From: the human T2T-CHM13v2.0 reference genome, Homo sapiens
Assembly (NCBI RefSeq): GCF_009914755.1
Contig: NC_060948.1
Length of the DNA: 64,000 bases
Reading direction: 5' to 3' (one strand)
Shown: positions 1-14,235 of the stretch, piece by piece
Numbering within the stretch: the stretch's first letter is position 1
Layout of the letters: the number at the start of each line of letters is the position of its first letter
The notes under the pieces: generated by a model
Seen by the model: the letters and a program-made list of their open reading frames with translations, nothing else
Told to the model about the DNA's origin: nothing
The model's database searches: none
Position numbers and translations under genes: made by a program

Positions 1-65
1 CAGATAGAGTAGAATGTAATGGAATGGAGTGCAGTGCAATGGAATGGAATGGAATGGAATGCAAT

Positions 66-110
66 GGAATGGAATGGAATGGAATGGAATGGAATGGAAT
101 GGAATGGAAT
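66..110 (+). repeat. Pure (GGAAT)9 tract; representative of the length-variable tract near the start of each unit
   Basis: Direct count between GCAAT and GGGAT; about 5-11 copies in other units. Confidence 0.9.
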
Positions 111-835
111 GGGATGGAATGGGATGGAATGGATAGTAATGGACTGGAGTGAAATGGACTGGAAAGGAATGGACTCAAATTGAAAGGGCTCGAAAGGAAT
201 GGAGTCAAATGGAATGGTCTGGAATGGAATGAACACGAATGTAATGCAATCCAATAGAATGGAATCGAATGGCATGGAATATAAAGAAATGGAATCGAAG
301 AGAATGGAAACAAATGGAATGGAATTGAATGGAATGGGAACGAATGGAGTGAAATTGTATGCAGTAGAAGGGAATAGAATGGAATGCAAGCGAAAGGAAA
401 GGAATGGATTGGAATGGAATGGAATTCATTGGAATGGAAGGGAATGTAGTGTAATGGACAGGCCTGGAATAAAGTGGAATGCTACGGTCTCGAATGGAAT
501 AAAAATGTATGGAATGGAATGCAAAGAAACGGAGTCGAATGTCATAGAATGTAATGGAATGCAAAAAAATGGAATCCAAAATCATTGACTGGAAAGGCTG
601 GGTGTCGAAAGGAATTGACTCCAATGGAATGGAATCGAATGGAATGGAAGTGAATAGAATCGAACTAAATCGAATGGAATGGAATTGATAGGAACGGAAT
701 GGAAAGGAATGCAATGATTTGGCATGGAATGGAATCGAATGGCATCGAATGGAATGGAATGGAATGCAATGGAATGGAATGTATTAGAATGTAATGAACT
801 TTAATGGAATGTACTCGAATGGATTCGACTGGAAT

Positions 836-850
836 GGAATGTTCTGGAAG
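836..850. promoter_or_regulatory. Perfect three-unit heat-shock element motif 1 (unit 1 copy; recurs in most units)
   Basis: gGAAt gTTCt gGAAg matches nGAAnnTTCnnGAAn; motif match only, binding not shown. Confidence 0.5.
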
Positions 851-1115
851 TGAATGGACTCCAATGGAATGGATTCAAAAGGAATGGAATCGTACGGAAT
901 GGAATCTAATGGAATGGAATTAAATGGAAATGAATCAAATTGAATAGCACGGAATTGAATTGAATGGAATGGAATGCAATGGAATCTAATGAAACGGAAA
1001 GGAAAGGAATGGAATGGAATGGAATGGGCTGGAATGGAAAGGAATCGAAACGAATGGAATGGAATCGAACTGAAGAGACTGGAATGGAATGCACTGGAAT
1101 GGAAGGGAGTGTAAT

Positions 1116-1130
1116 GGAAGGTTCTCGAAA
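1116..1130. promoter_or_regulatory. Perfect three-unit heat-shock element motif 2 (unit 1 copy; recurs in every unit inspected)
   Basis: gGAAg gTTCt cGAAa matches nGAAnnTTCnnGAAn; motif match only. Confidence 0.5.
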
Positions 1131-2141
1131 AAAATGGAATGGAATGGAATGGAATTGAATGGAACGGAATAGAGTCGAATGGAATTGAATGGAATGGAAT
1201 GGACTAGAGTGAAATGGAATCGAACCGCAAGGAATGGACAGGAATAGAATGGTCTCGAATTGAATGGAATCGTATGGAATGGCATCAAACGGAATGGAAT
1301 GGACAGCCACGGAATGGAATGCACTCGAATGCAATGGAGTCGAAACTAATGGACTGGAATAGAATGGACTCGACTGGTACGGACTCCAATGGAATGGAAT
1401 CGAATGGAAGGGAATCGAACGGAATGGACTCGAAGGGAAAAGACTGCAATGGAAAGGTCTCGAATGGAATGGAAATTAATGGAATGGAATGGAATCGAAT
1501 GAAATGGAGTCAAAAGGAATGGAATCGAATGGCAAGAAATCGAATGTAATGGAATCGCAAGGAATTGATGTGAACGGAACGGAATGGAATGGAATCCAAA
1601 GGAATGGAATAGAATGGAATGGAATCGAATGGAAAGGACTCGAATGGAAATCACTCGAATAGAATGCAATTTAATAAAATAGGATCAAATGTAATGGAAT
1701 GGAATGGAAAGGAATCGAAACGAAAGGAATGGAGACAGATGGAATGGAATGGAACAGAGAGCAATGGTATAGAATGGAATGGAATCATCTGGAATGGAAT
1801 TGAATGGAATGGAATAATATGAAATGGAATGGAATGGAATGGAATGGAATGTCCTTGAATTAAATGGACTGGAATGGAATGGACTCGAACAGAGTGGAAT
1901 GGAAAGTGTTGAGATAGAATGCAATGGACTCCTTTGGAATGGTGTAGTATGCAATGCAATCGACTGGCAGGGAATCAAAAGGAATGTAATGGAATGGATT
2001 GGACTGGAATGCAATGGACTCGAATAGATTGGAAACGGAATGCAAAGGAATGGAATGGAATAGTATGGAATGGAATGGAAAGGAATGGAGTGGAATAGAC
2101 TAGAGTGGAATGGAATGGACTGGAAAGCAATGGACTGGAAT

Positions 2142-2156
2142 GGAACTTTCTTGAAT
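2142..2156. promoter_or_regulatory. Perfect three-unit heat-shock element motif 3 (unit 1 copy; recurs in most units)
   Basis: gGAAc tTTCt tGAAt matches nGAAnnTTCnnGAAn; motif match only. Confidence 0.5.
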
Positions 2157-3554
2157 GGACTGGAATCAAACGGAATGGAATGCAATGCAATCAAATGGCA
2201 TGGAATAAAATAGAATGAAAGAGAATCAAATGGAATTGAATCGAATGGAATCGAATGGATTGGAAAGGAATAGAATGGAATGGAATGGAATTGACTCAAA
2301 TGGAATGGACTAGAATGGAATGGATTCGAATGGAAGGCAAAGGAATGGAATCTATTGGAATGGACTGTAATGGAATGGAATGGAAGGGATTGGAATGGAC
2401 TCGAATGGAATGGACTGCAATAGAAAGGATTCGAATGGAATGAAAAAGAATTGAATGGAATAGAACAGAATGGAATCAAATCGAATGAAATGGAATGGAA
2501 TAGAAAGGAATGGAATGAAATGGAATGGAAAGGATTCGAATGGAATGCAATCGAATGGAATGGAATCGAACGGAATGGAATAAAATGGAAGAAAACTGGC
2601 AAGAAATGGAATCGAAATGAATGGAGTGTTATGGAACGGACTCAAAAGGAATTGAATGTAATAGAATGGAGTGGAGTGGACTCGAATATAATGGACTGGA
2701 ATGGAATGAAATCACATGGAATGGGAACGAATGGAATGGAATGGAAAGGAATGGAATCGAATGGAAAGGAATCGAATGGAAGGGAATGAAATTGAATCAA
2801 CAGGAATGGAAGGGAATAGAATAGACGGTAATGGAATGGACTCGAATAGAATGGACACGAATGCTGAAATTGAATGGACTCGAATGGAATGGAAACGAAA
2901 GGAATGTCATCGAATGGAATTGAATCGATTGGAATGAAATCGCATAGAATGGAGTGGAATCAAATGGAATTGAATCGAAAGGAAAGGAAGCGAATGGACT
3001 GAAATGAAATGGAATGGAATTGAATGGAAAGTAATGCAATGGAATAGAATGGAACGAAATTTCACGGAATGGAATCAAACTGAATGGAATCAAATCAATG
3101 GAATCAAATCAAATGGAATGGAAAGGAATTGAATGGAGTAGATTGGATTGGATGGGATTGGAATGAAATGTACTGGAAAGGACTCGAATTTCATGAAACG
3201 GAATGGAATGAATTGGAACGGAATGGACTCGAATGGAATGGAATGTCATGGAATGGCATCAAATGGAATGGCATCAAATGGAATGGAATCGAATGCAATG
3301 GAATGCTATGGAATGGAATGGAATGCATTGGAATGGAATGTCCTCTAATGGAATGGATTCGAGTGGAATGGAATCGAATATAATGGAGTCGAATGAAATG
3401 GAATTGAAAGCAGTGGGATCGAATACAATGGAATATACTGGAATGTAATGTAATGAACTCGAATGTAATTGACTGGAATGGAATGTACATGAATGGAATG
3501 TAATCGAATGGAAAGTAATCCAATGGAATAGAATCTAATGCAATAAAACCGACT

Positions 3555-6500
3555 CAGATAGAGTAGAATGTAATGGAATGGAGTGCAGTGCAATGGAATG
3601 GAATGGAATGGAATGCAATGGAATGGAATGGAATGGAATGGAATGGAATGGAATGGAATGGGATGGAATGGGATGGAATGGATAGTAATGGACTGGAGTG
3701 AAATGGACTGGAAAGGAATGGACTCAAATTGAAAGGGCTCGAAAGGAATGGAGTCAAATGGAATGGTCTGGAATGGAATGAACACGAATGTAATGCAATC
3801 CAATAGAATGGAATCGAATGGCATGGAATATAAAGAAATGGAATCGAAGAGAATGGAAACAAATGGAATGGAATTGAATGGAATGGAATTGAATGGAATG
3901 GGAACGAATGGAGTGAAATTGTATGCAGTAGAAGGGAATAGAATGGAATGCAAGCGAAAGGAAAGGAATGGATTGGAATGGAATGGAATTCATTGGAATG
4001 GAAGGGAATGTAGTGTAATGGACAGGCCTGGAATAAAGTGGAATGCTACGGTCTCGAATGGAATAAAAATGTATGGAATGGAATGCAAAGAAACGGAGTC
4101 GAATGTCATAGAATGTAATGGAATGCAAAAAAATGGAATCCAAAATCATTGACTGGAAAGGCTGGGTGTCGAAAGGAATTGACTCCAATGGAATGGAATC
4201 GAATGGAATGGAAGTGAATAGAATCGAACTAAATCGAATGGAATGGAATTGATAGGAACGGAATGGAAAGGAATGCAATGATTTGGCATGGAATGGAATC
4301 GAATGGCATCGAATGGAATGGAATGGAATGCAATGGAATGGAATGTATTAGAATGTAATGAACTTTAATGGAATGTACTCGAATGGATTCGACTGGAATG
4401 GAATGTTCTGGAAGTGAATGGACTCCAATGGAATGGATTCCAAAGGAATGGAATCGTACGGAATGGAATCTAATGGAATGGAATTAAATGGAAATGAATC
4501 AAATTGAATAGCACGGAATTGAATTGAATGGAATGGAATGCAATGGAATCTAATGAAACGGAAAGGAAAGGAATGGAATGGAATGGAATGGGCTGGAATG
4601 GAAAGGAATCGAAACGAATGGAATGGAATCGAACTGAAGAGACTGGAATGGAATGCACTGGAATGGAAGGGAGTGTAATGGAAGGTTCTCGAAAAAAATG
4701 GAATCGAATGGAATGGAATTGAATGGAACGGAATAGAGTCGAATGGAATTGAATGGAATGGAATGGACTAGAGTGAAATGGAATCGAACCACAAGGAATG
4801 GACAGGAATAGAATGGTCTCGAATTGAATGGAATCGTATGGAATGGCATCAAACGGAATGGAATGGACAGCCACGGAATGGAATGCACTCGAATGCAATG
4901 GAGTCGAAACTAATGGACTGGAATAGAATGGACTCGACTGGTACGGACTCCAATGGAATGGAATCGAATGGAAGGGAATCGAACGGAATGGACTCGAAGG
5001 GAAAAGACTGCAATGGAAAGGTCTCGAATGGAATGGAAATTAATGGAATGGAATGGAATCGAATGAAATGGAGTCAAAAGGAATGGAATCGAATGGCAAG
5101 AAATCGAATGTAATGGAATCGCAAGGAATTGATGTGAACGGAACGGAATGGAATGGAATCCAAAGGAATGGAATAGAATGGAATGGAATCGAATGGAAAG
5201 GACTCGAATGGAAATCACTCGAATAGAATGCAATTTAATAAAATAGGATCAAATGTAATGGAATGGAATGGAAAGGAATCGAAACGAAAGGAATGGAGAC
5301 AGATGGAATGGAATGGAACAGAGAGCAATGGTATAGAATGGAATGGAATCATCTGGAATGGAATTGAATGGAATGGAATAATATGAAATGGAATGGAATG
5401 GAATGGAATGGAATGCCCTTGAATTAAATGGACTGGAATGGAATGGACTCGAACAGAGTGGAATGGAAAGTGTTGAGATAGAATGGAATGGACTCCTTTG
5501 GAATGGTGTAGTATGCAATGCAATCGACTGGCAGGGAATCAAAAGGAATGTAATGGAATGGATTGGACTGGAATGCAATGGACTCGAATAGATTGGAAAC
5601 GGAATGCAAAGGAATGGAATGGAATAGTATGGAATGGAATGGAAAGGAATGGAGTGGAATAGACTAGAGTGGAATGGAATGGACTGGAAAGCAATGGACT
5701 GGAATGGAACTTTCTTGAATGGACTGGAATCAAACGGAATGGAATGCAATGCAATCAAATGGCATGGAATAAAATAGAATGAAAGAGAATCAAATGGAAT
5801 TGAATCGAATGGAATCGAATGGATTGGAAAGGAATAGAATGGAATGGAATGGAATGGACTAGAATGGAATGGATTCGAATGGAAGGCAAAGGAATGGAAT
5901 CTATTGGAATGGACTGTAATGGAATGGAATGGAAGGGATTGGAATGGATTCGAATGGAATGGACTGCAATAGAAAGGATTCGAATGGAATGAAAAAGAAT
6001 TGAATGGAATAGAACAGAATGGAATCAAATCGAATGAAATGGAATGGAATAGAAAGGAATGGAATGAAATGGAATGGAAAGGATTCGAATGGAATGCAAT
6101 CGAATGGAATGGAATCGAACGGAATGGAATAAAATGGAAGAAAACTGGCAAGAAATGGAATCGAAATGAATGGAGTGTTATGGAACGGACTCAAAAGGAA
6201 TTGAATGTAATAGAATGGAGTGGAGTGGACTCGAATATAATGGACTGGAATGGAATGAAATCACATGGAATGGGAACGAATGGAATGGAATGGAAAGGAA
6301 TGGAATCGAATGGAAAGGAAACGAACGGAAGGGAATGAAATTGAATCAACAGGAATGGAAGGGAATAGAATAGACGGTAATGGAATGGACTCGAATAGAA
6401 TGGACACGAATGCTGAAATCGAATGGACTCGAATGGAATGGAAACGAAAGGAATGTCATCGAATGGAATTGAATCGATTGGAATGAAATCGCATAGAATG

Positions 6501-7103
6501 GAGTGGAATCAAATGGAATTGAATCGAAAGGAAAGGAAGCGAATGGACTGAAATGAAATGGAATGGAATTGAATGGAAAGTAATGCAATGGAATAGAATG
6601 GAACAAAATTTCACGGAATGGAATCAAACTGAATGGAATCAAATCAATGGAATCAAATCAAATGGAATGGAAAGGAATTGAATGGAGTAGATTGGATTGG
6701 ATGGGATTGGAATGAAATGTACTGGAAAGGACTCGAATTTCATGAAACGGAATGGAATGAATTGGAACGGAATGGACTCGAATGGAATGGAATGTCATGG
6801 AATGGCATCAAATGGAATGGTATCAAATGGAATGGAATCGAATGCAATGGAATGCTATGGAATGGAATGGAATGCATTGGAATGGAATGTCCTCTAATGG
6901 AATGGATTCGAGTGGAATGGAATCGAATATAATGGAGTCGAATGAAATGGAATTGAAAGGAATGGGATCGAATACAATGGAATATACTGGAATGTAATGT
7001 AATGAACTCGAATGTAATTGACTGGAATGGAATGTACATGAATGGAATGTAATCGAATGGAAAGTAATCCAATGGAATAGAATCTAATGCAATAAAATCG
7101 ACT
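3555..7103 (+). repeat. DYZ1 unit 2 (3549 bp)
   Basis: Landmarks at 3555 and 7104; 15-bp deletion (TGACTCAAATGGAAT) near 5850. Confidence 0.92.
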
Positions 7104-10100
7104 CAGATAGAGTAGAATGTAATGGAATGGAGTGTAGTGCAATGGAATGGAATGGAATGGAATGCAATTGAATGGAATGGAATGGAATGGAATGGAATGG
7201 GATGGAATGGTATGGAATGGATAGTAATGGACTGGAGTGAAATGGACTGGAAAGGAATGGACTCAAATTGAAAGGGCTCGAAAGGAATGGAGTCAAATGG
7301 AATGGTCTGGAATGGAATGAACACGAATGTAATGCAATCCGATGGAATGGAATCGAATGGCATGGAATATAAAGAAATGGAATCGAAGAGAATGGAAACA
7401 AATGGAATGGAATTGAATGGAATGGAATTGAATGGAATGCGAACGAATGGAGTGAAATTGTATGCAGTAGAAGGGAATAGAATGGAATGCAAGCGAAAGG
7501 AAAGGAATGGATTGGAATGGAATGGAATTCATTGGAATGGAAGGGAATGTAGTGTAATGGACAGGCCTGGAATAAAGTGGAATGCTACGGTCTCGAATGG
7601 AATAAAAATGTATGGAATGGAATGCAATGAAACGGAATCGAATGTCATAGAATGTAATGGAATGCAAAAAAATGGAATCCAAAATCATTGACTGGAAAGG
7701 CTGGGTGTCGAAAGGAATTGACTCCAATGGAATGGAATCGAATGGAATGGAAGTGAATAGAATCGAACTAAATCGAATGGAATGGAATTGATAGGAACGG
7801 AATGGAAAGGAATGCAATGATTTGGCATGGAATGGAATCGAATGGCATCGAATGGAATGGAATGGAATGCAATGGAATGGAATGTATTAGAATGTAATGA
7901 ACTTTAATGGAATGTACTCGAATGGATTCGACTGGAATGGAATGTTCTGGAAGTGAATGGACTCCAATGGAATGGATTCAAAAGGAATGGAATCGTACGG
8001 AATGGAATCTAATGGAATGGAATTAAATGGAAATGAATCAAATTGAATAGCACGGAATTGAATTGAATGGAATGGAATGCAATGGAATCTAATGAAACTG
8101 AAAGGAAAGGAATGGAATGGAATGGAATGGGCTGGAATGGAAAGGAATCGAAATGAATGGAATGGAATCGAACTGAAGAGACTGGAATGGAATGCACTGG
8201 AATGGAAGGGAGTGTAATGGAAGGTTCTCGAAAAAAATGGAATCGAATGGAATGGAATTGAATGGAACGGAATAGAGTCGAATGGAATTGAATGGAATGG
8301 AATGGACTAGAGTGAAATGGAATCGAACCACAAGGAATGGACAGGAATAGAATGGTCTCGAATTGAATGGAATCGTATGGAATGGCATCAAACGGAATGG
8401 AATGGACAGCCACGGAATGGAATGCACTCGAATGCAATGGAGTCGAAACTAATGGACTGGAATAGAATGGACTCGACTGGTACGGACTCCAATGGAATGG
8501 AATCGAATGGAAGGGAATCGAACGGAATGGACTCGAAGGGAAAAGACTGCAATGGAAAGGTCTCGAATGGAATGGAAATTAATGGAATGGAATGGAATCG
8601 AATGAAATGGAGTCAAAAGGAATGGAATCGAATGGCAAGAAATCGAATGTAATGGAATCGCAAGGAATTGATGTGAACGGAACGGAATGGAATGGAATCC
8701 AAAGGAATGGAATAGAATGGAATGGAATCGAATGGAAAGGACTCGAATGGAAATCACTCGAATAGAATGCAATTTAATAAAATAGGATCAAATGTAATGG
8801 AATGGAATGGAAAGGAATCGAAACGAAAGGAATGGAGACAGATGGAATGGAATGGAACAGAGAGCAATGGTATAGAATGGAATGGAATCATCTGGAATGG
8901 AATTGAATGGAATGGAATAATATGAAATGGAATGGAATGGAATGGAATGGAATGCCCTTGAATTAAATGGACTGGAATGGAATGGACTCGAACAGAGTGT
9001 AATGGAAAGTGTTGAGATAGAATGGAATGGACTCCTTTGGAATGGTGTAGTATGCAATGCAATCGACTGGCAGGGAATCAAAAGGAATGTAATGGAATGG
9101 ATTGGACTGGAATGCAATGGACTCGAATAGATTGGAAACGGAATGCAAAGGAATGGAATGGAATAGTATGGAATGGAATGGAAAGGAATGGAGTGGAATA
9201 GACTAGAGTGGAATGGAATGGACTGGAAAGCAATGGACTGGAATGGAACTTTCTTGAATGGACTGGAATCAAACGGAATGGAATGCAATGCAATCAAATG
9301 GCATGGAATAAAATAGAATGAAAGAGAATCAAATGGAATTGAATCGAATGGAATCGAATGGATTGGAAAGGAATAGAATGGAATGGAATGGAATTCACTC
9401 AAATGGAATGGACTAGAATGGAATGGATTCGAATGGAAGGCAAAGGAATGGAATCTATTGGAATGGACTGTAATGGAATGGAATGGAAGGGATTGGAATG
9501 GACTCGAATGGAATGGACTGCAATAGAAAGGATTCGAATGGAATGAAAAAGAATTGAATGGAATAGAACAGAATGGAATCAAATCGAATGAAATGGAATG
9601 GAATAGAAAGGAATGGAATGAAATGGAATGGAAAGGATTCGAATGGAATGCAATCGAATGGAATGGAATCGAACGGAATGGAATAAAATGGAAGAAAACT
9701 GGCAAGAAATGGAATCGAAATGAATGGAGTGTTATGGAACGGACTCAAAAGGAATTGAATGTAATAGAATGGAGTGGAGTGGACTCGAATATAATGGACT
9801 GGAATGGAATGAAATCACAAGGAATGGGAACGAATGGAATGGAATGGAAAGGAATGGAATCGAATGGAAAGGAATCGAATGGAAGGGAATGAAATTGAAT
9901 CAACAGGAATGGAAGGGAATAGAATAGACGGTAATGGAATGGACTCGAATAGAATGGACACGAATGCTCAAATTGAATGGACTCGAATGGAATGGAAACG
10001 AAAGGAATGTCATCGAATGGAATTGAATGGATTGGAATGAAATCGCATAGAATGGAGTGGAATCAAATGGAATTGAATCGAAAGGAAAGGAAGCGAATGG

Positions 10101-10657
10101 ACTGAAATGAAATGGAATGGAATTGAATGGAAAGTAATGCAATGGAATAGAATGGAACGAAATTTCACGGAATGGAATCAAACTGAATGGAATCAAATCA
10201 ATGGAATCAAATCAAATGGAATGGAAAGGAATTGAATGGAGTAGATTGGATTGGATGGGATTGGAATGAAATGTACTGGAAAGGACTCGAATTTCATGAA
10301 ACGGAATGGAATGAATTGGAACGGAATGGACTCGAATGGAATGGAATGTCATGGAATGGCATCAAATGGAATGGCATCAAATGGAATGGAATCGAATGCA
10401 ATGGAATGCTATGGAATGGAATGGAATGCATTGGAATGGAATGTCCTCTAATGGAATGGATTCGAGTGGAATGGAATCGAATATAATGGAGTCGAATGAA
10501 ATGGAATTGAAAGGAATGGGATCGAATACAATGGAATATACTGGAATGTAATGTAATGAACTCGAATGTAATTGACTGGAATGGAATGTACATGAATGGA
10601 ATGTAATCGAATGGAAAGTAATCCAATGGAATAGAATCTAATGCAATAAAATCGACT
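7104..10657 (+). repeat. DYZ1 unit 3 (3554 bp)
   Basis: Landmarks at 7104 and 10658; extra EcoRI site at 9391. Confidence 0.92.
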
Positions 10658-13600
10658 CAGATAGAGTAGAATGTAATGGAATGGAGTGCAGTGCAATGGA
10701 ATGGAATGGAATGGAATGCAATGGAATGGAATGGAATGGAATGGAATGGAATGGAATGGAATGGAATGGGATGGAATGGGATGGAATGGTATGGAATGGA
10801 TAGTAATGGACTGGAGTGAAATGGACTGGAAAGGAATGGACTCAAATTGAAAGGGCTCGAAAGGAATGGAGTCAAATGGAATGGTCTGGAATGGAATGAA
10901 CACGAATGTAATGCAATCCAATAGAATGGAATCGAATGGCATGGAATATAAAGAAATGGAATCGAAGAGAATGGAAACAAATGGAATGGAATTGAATGGA
11001 ATGGAATTGAATGGAATGGGAACGAATGGAGTGAAATTGTATGCAGTAGAAGGGAATAGAATGGAATGCAAGCGAAAGGAAAGGAATGGATTGGAATGGA
11101 ATGGAATTCATTGGAATGGAAGGGAATGTAGTGTAATGGACAGGCCTGGAATAAAGTGGAATGCTACGGTCTCGAATGGAATAAAAATGTATGGAATGGA
11201 ATGCAATGAAACGGAATCGAATGTCATAGAATGTAATGGAATGCAACAAAATGGAATCCAAAATCATTGACTGGAAAGGCTGGGTGTCGAAAGGAATTGA
11301 CTCCAATGGAATGGAATCGAATGGAATGGAAGTGAATAGAATCGAACTAAATCGAATGGAATGGAATTGATAGGAACGGAATGGAAAGGAATGCAATGAT
11401 TTGGCATGGAATGGAATCGAATGGCATCGAATGGAATGGAATGGAATGCAATGGAATGGAATGTATTAGAATGTAATGAACTTTAATGGAATGTACTCGA
11501 ATGGATTCGACTGGAATGGAATGTTCTGGAAGTGAATGGACTCCAATGGAATGGATTCAAAAGGAATGGAATCGTACGGAATGGAATCTAATGGAATGGA
11601 ATTAAATGGAAATGAATCAAATTGAATAGCACGGAATTGAATTGAATGGAATGGAATGCAATGGAATCTAATGAAACGGAAAGGAAAGGAATGGAATGGA
11701 ATGGAATGGGCTGGAATGGAAAGGAATCGAAACGAATGGAATGGAATCGAACTGAAGAGACTGGAATGGAATGCACTGGAATGGAAGGGAGTGTAATGGA
11801 AGGTTCTCGAAAAAAATGGAATGGAATGGAATGGAATTGAATGGAACGGAATAGAGTCGAATGGAATTGAATGGAATGGAATGGACTAGAGTGAAATGGA
11901 ATCGAACCACAAGGAATGGACAGGAATAGAATGGTCTCGAATTGAATGGAATCGTATGGAATGGCATCAAACGGAATGGAATGGACAGCCACGGAATGGA
12001 ATGCACTCGAATGCAATGGAGTCGAAACTAATGGACTGGAATAGAATGGACTCGACTGGTACGGACTCCAATGGAATGGAATCGAATGGAAGGGAATCGA
12101 ACGGAATGGACTCGAAGGGAAAAGACTGCAATGGAAAGGTCTCGAATGGAATGGAAATTAATGGAATGGAATGGAATCGAATGAAATGGAGTCAAAAGGA
12201 ATGGAATCGAATGGCAAGAAATCGAATGTAATGGAATCGCAAGGAATTGATGTGAACGGAACGGAATGGAATGGAATCCAAAGGAATGGAACAGAATGGA
12301 ATGGAATCGAATGGAAAGGACTCGAATGGAAATCACTCGAATAGAATGCAATTTAATAAAATAGGATCAAATGTAATGGAATGGAATGGAAAGGAATCGA
12401 AACGAAAGGAATGGAGACAGATGGAATGGAATGGAACAGAGAGCAATGGTATAGAATGGAATGGAATCATCTGGAATGGAATTGAATGGAATGGAATAAT
12501 ATGAAATGGAATGGAATGGAATGGAATGGAATGCCCTTGAATTAAATGGACTGGAATGGAATGGACTCGAACAGAGTGGAATGGAAAGTGTTGAGATAGA
12601 ATGGAATGGACTCCTTTGGAATGGTGTAGTATGCAATGCAATCGACTGGCAGGGAATCAAAAGGAATGTAATGGAATGGATTGGACTGGAATGCAATGGA
12701 CTCGAATAGATTGGAAACGGAATGCAAAGGAATGGAATGGAATAGTATGGAATGGAATGGAAAGGAATGGAGTGGAATAGACTAGAGTGGAATGGAATGG
12801 ACTGGAAAGCAATGGACTGGAATGGAACTTTCTTGAATGGACTGGAATCAAACGGAATGGAATGCAATGCAATCAAATGGCATGGAATAAAATAGAATGA
12901 AAGAGAATCAAATGGAATTGAATCGAATGGAATCGAATGGATTGGAAAGGAATAGAATGGAATGGAATGGAATTCACTCAAATGGAATGGACTAGAATGG
13001 AATGGATTCGAATGGAAGGCAAAGGAATGGAATCTATTGGAATGGACTGTAATGGAATGGAATGGAAGGGATTGGAATGGACTCGAATGGAATGGACTGC
13101 AATAGAAAGGATTCGAATGGAATGAAAAAGAATTGAATGGAATAGAACAGAATGGAATCAAATCGAATGAAATGGAATGGAATAGAAAGGAATGGAATGA
13201 AATGGAATGGAAAGGATTCGAATGGAATGCAATCGAATGGAATGGAATCAAACGGAATGGAATAAAATGGAAGAAAACTGGCAAGAAATGGAATCGAAAT
13301 GAATGGAGTGTTATGGAACGGACTCAAAAGGAATTGAATGTAATAGAATGGAGTGGAGTGGACTCGAATATAATGGACTGGAATGGAATGAAATCACATG
13401 GAATGGGAACGAATGGAATGGAATGGAAAGGAATGGAATCGAATGGAAAGGAATCGAATGGAAGGGAATGAAATTGAATCAACAGGAATGGAAGGGAATA
13501 GAATAGACGGTAATGGAATGGACTCGAATAGAATGGACACGAATGCTCAAATTGAATGGACTCGAATGGAATGGAAACGAAAGGAATGTCATCGAATGGA

Positions 13601-14235
13601 ATTGAATCGATTGGAATGAAATCGCATAGAATGGAGTGGAATCAAATGGAATTGAATCGAAAGGAAAGGAAGCGAATGGACTGAAATGAAATGGAATGGA
13701 ATTGAATGGAAAGTAATGCAATGGAATAGAATGGAACGAAATTTCACGGAATGGAATCAAACTGAATGGAATCAAATCAATGGAATCTAATCAAAGGAAT
13801 GGAAAGGAATTGAATGGAGTAGATTGGATTGGATGGGATTGGAATGAAATGTACTGGAAAGGACTCGAATTTCATGAAACGGAATGGAATGAATTGGAAC
13901 GGAATGGACTCGAATGGAATGGAATGTCATGGAATGGCATCAAATGGAATGGCATCAAATGGAATGGAATCGAATGCAATGGAATGCTATGGAATGGAAT
14001 GGAATGCATTGGAATGGAATGTCCTCTAATGGAATGGATTCGAGTGGAATGGAATCGAATATAATGGAGTCGAATGAAATGGAATTGAAAGGAATGGGAT
14101 CGAATTCAATGGAATATACTGCAATGTAATGTAATGAACTCGAATGTAATTGACTGGAATGGAATGTACATGAATGGAATGTAATCGAATGGAAAGTAAT
14201 CCAATGGAATAGAATCTAATGCAATAAAATCGACT
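10658..14235 (+). repeat. DYZ1 unit 4 (3578 bp)
   Basis: Landmarks at 10658 and 14236; extra EcoRI sites at 12970 and 14102; 1-bp deletion near 13795. Confidence 0.92.

Larger units (their letters stand above)
1..3554 (+). repeat. DYZ1 unit 1 (3554 bp; units delimited at CAGATAGAGTAG)
   Basis: Landmark at 1 and 3555; lacks one 15-bp GGAATGGAATTGAAT block near 325. Confidence 0.92.

Noticed and set aside
1667-1685. AATAAA poly(A)-signal-like hexamers (e.g. TTTAATAAAATAGG; also near 468, 498, 2205, 2579, 3542)
   Set aside because: Easily generated from GGAAT variants, with no downstream GU/U-rich element or transcript evidence in the sequence
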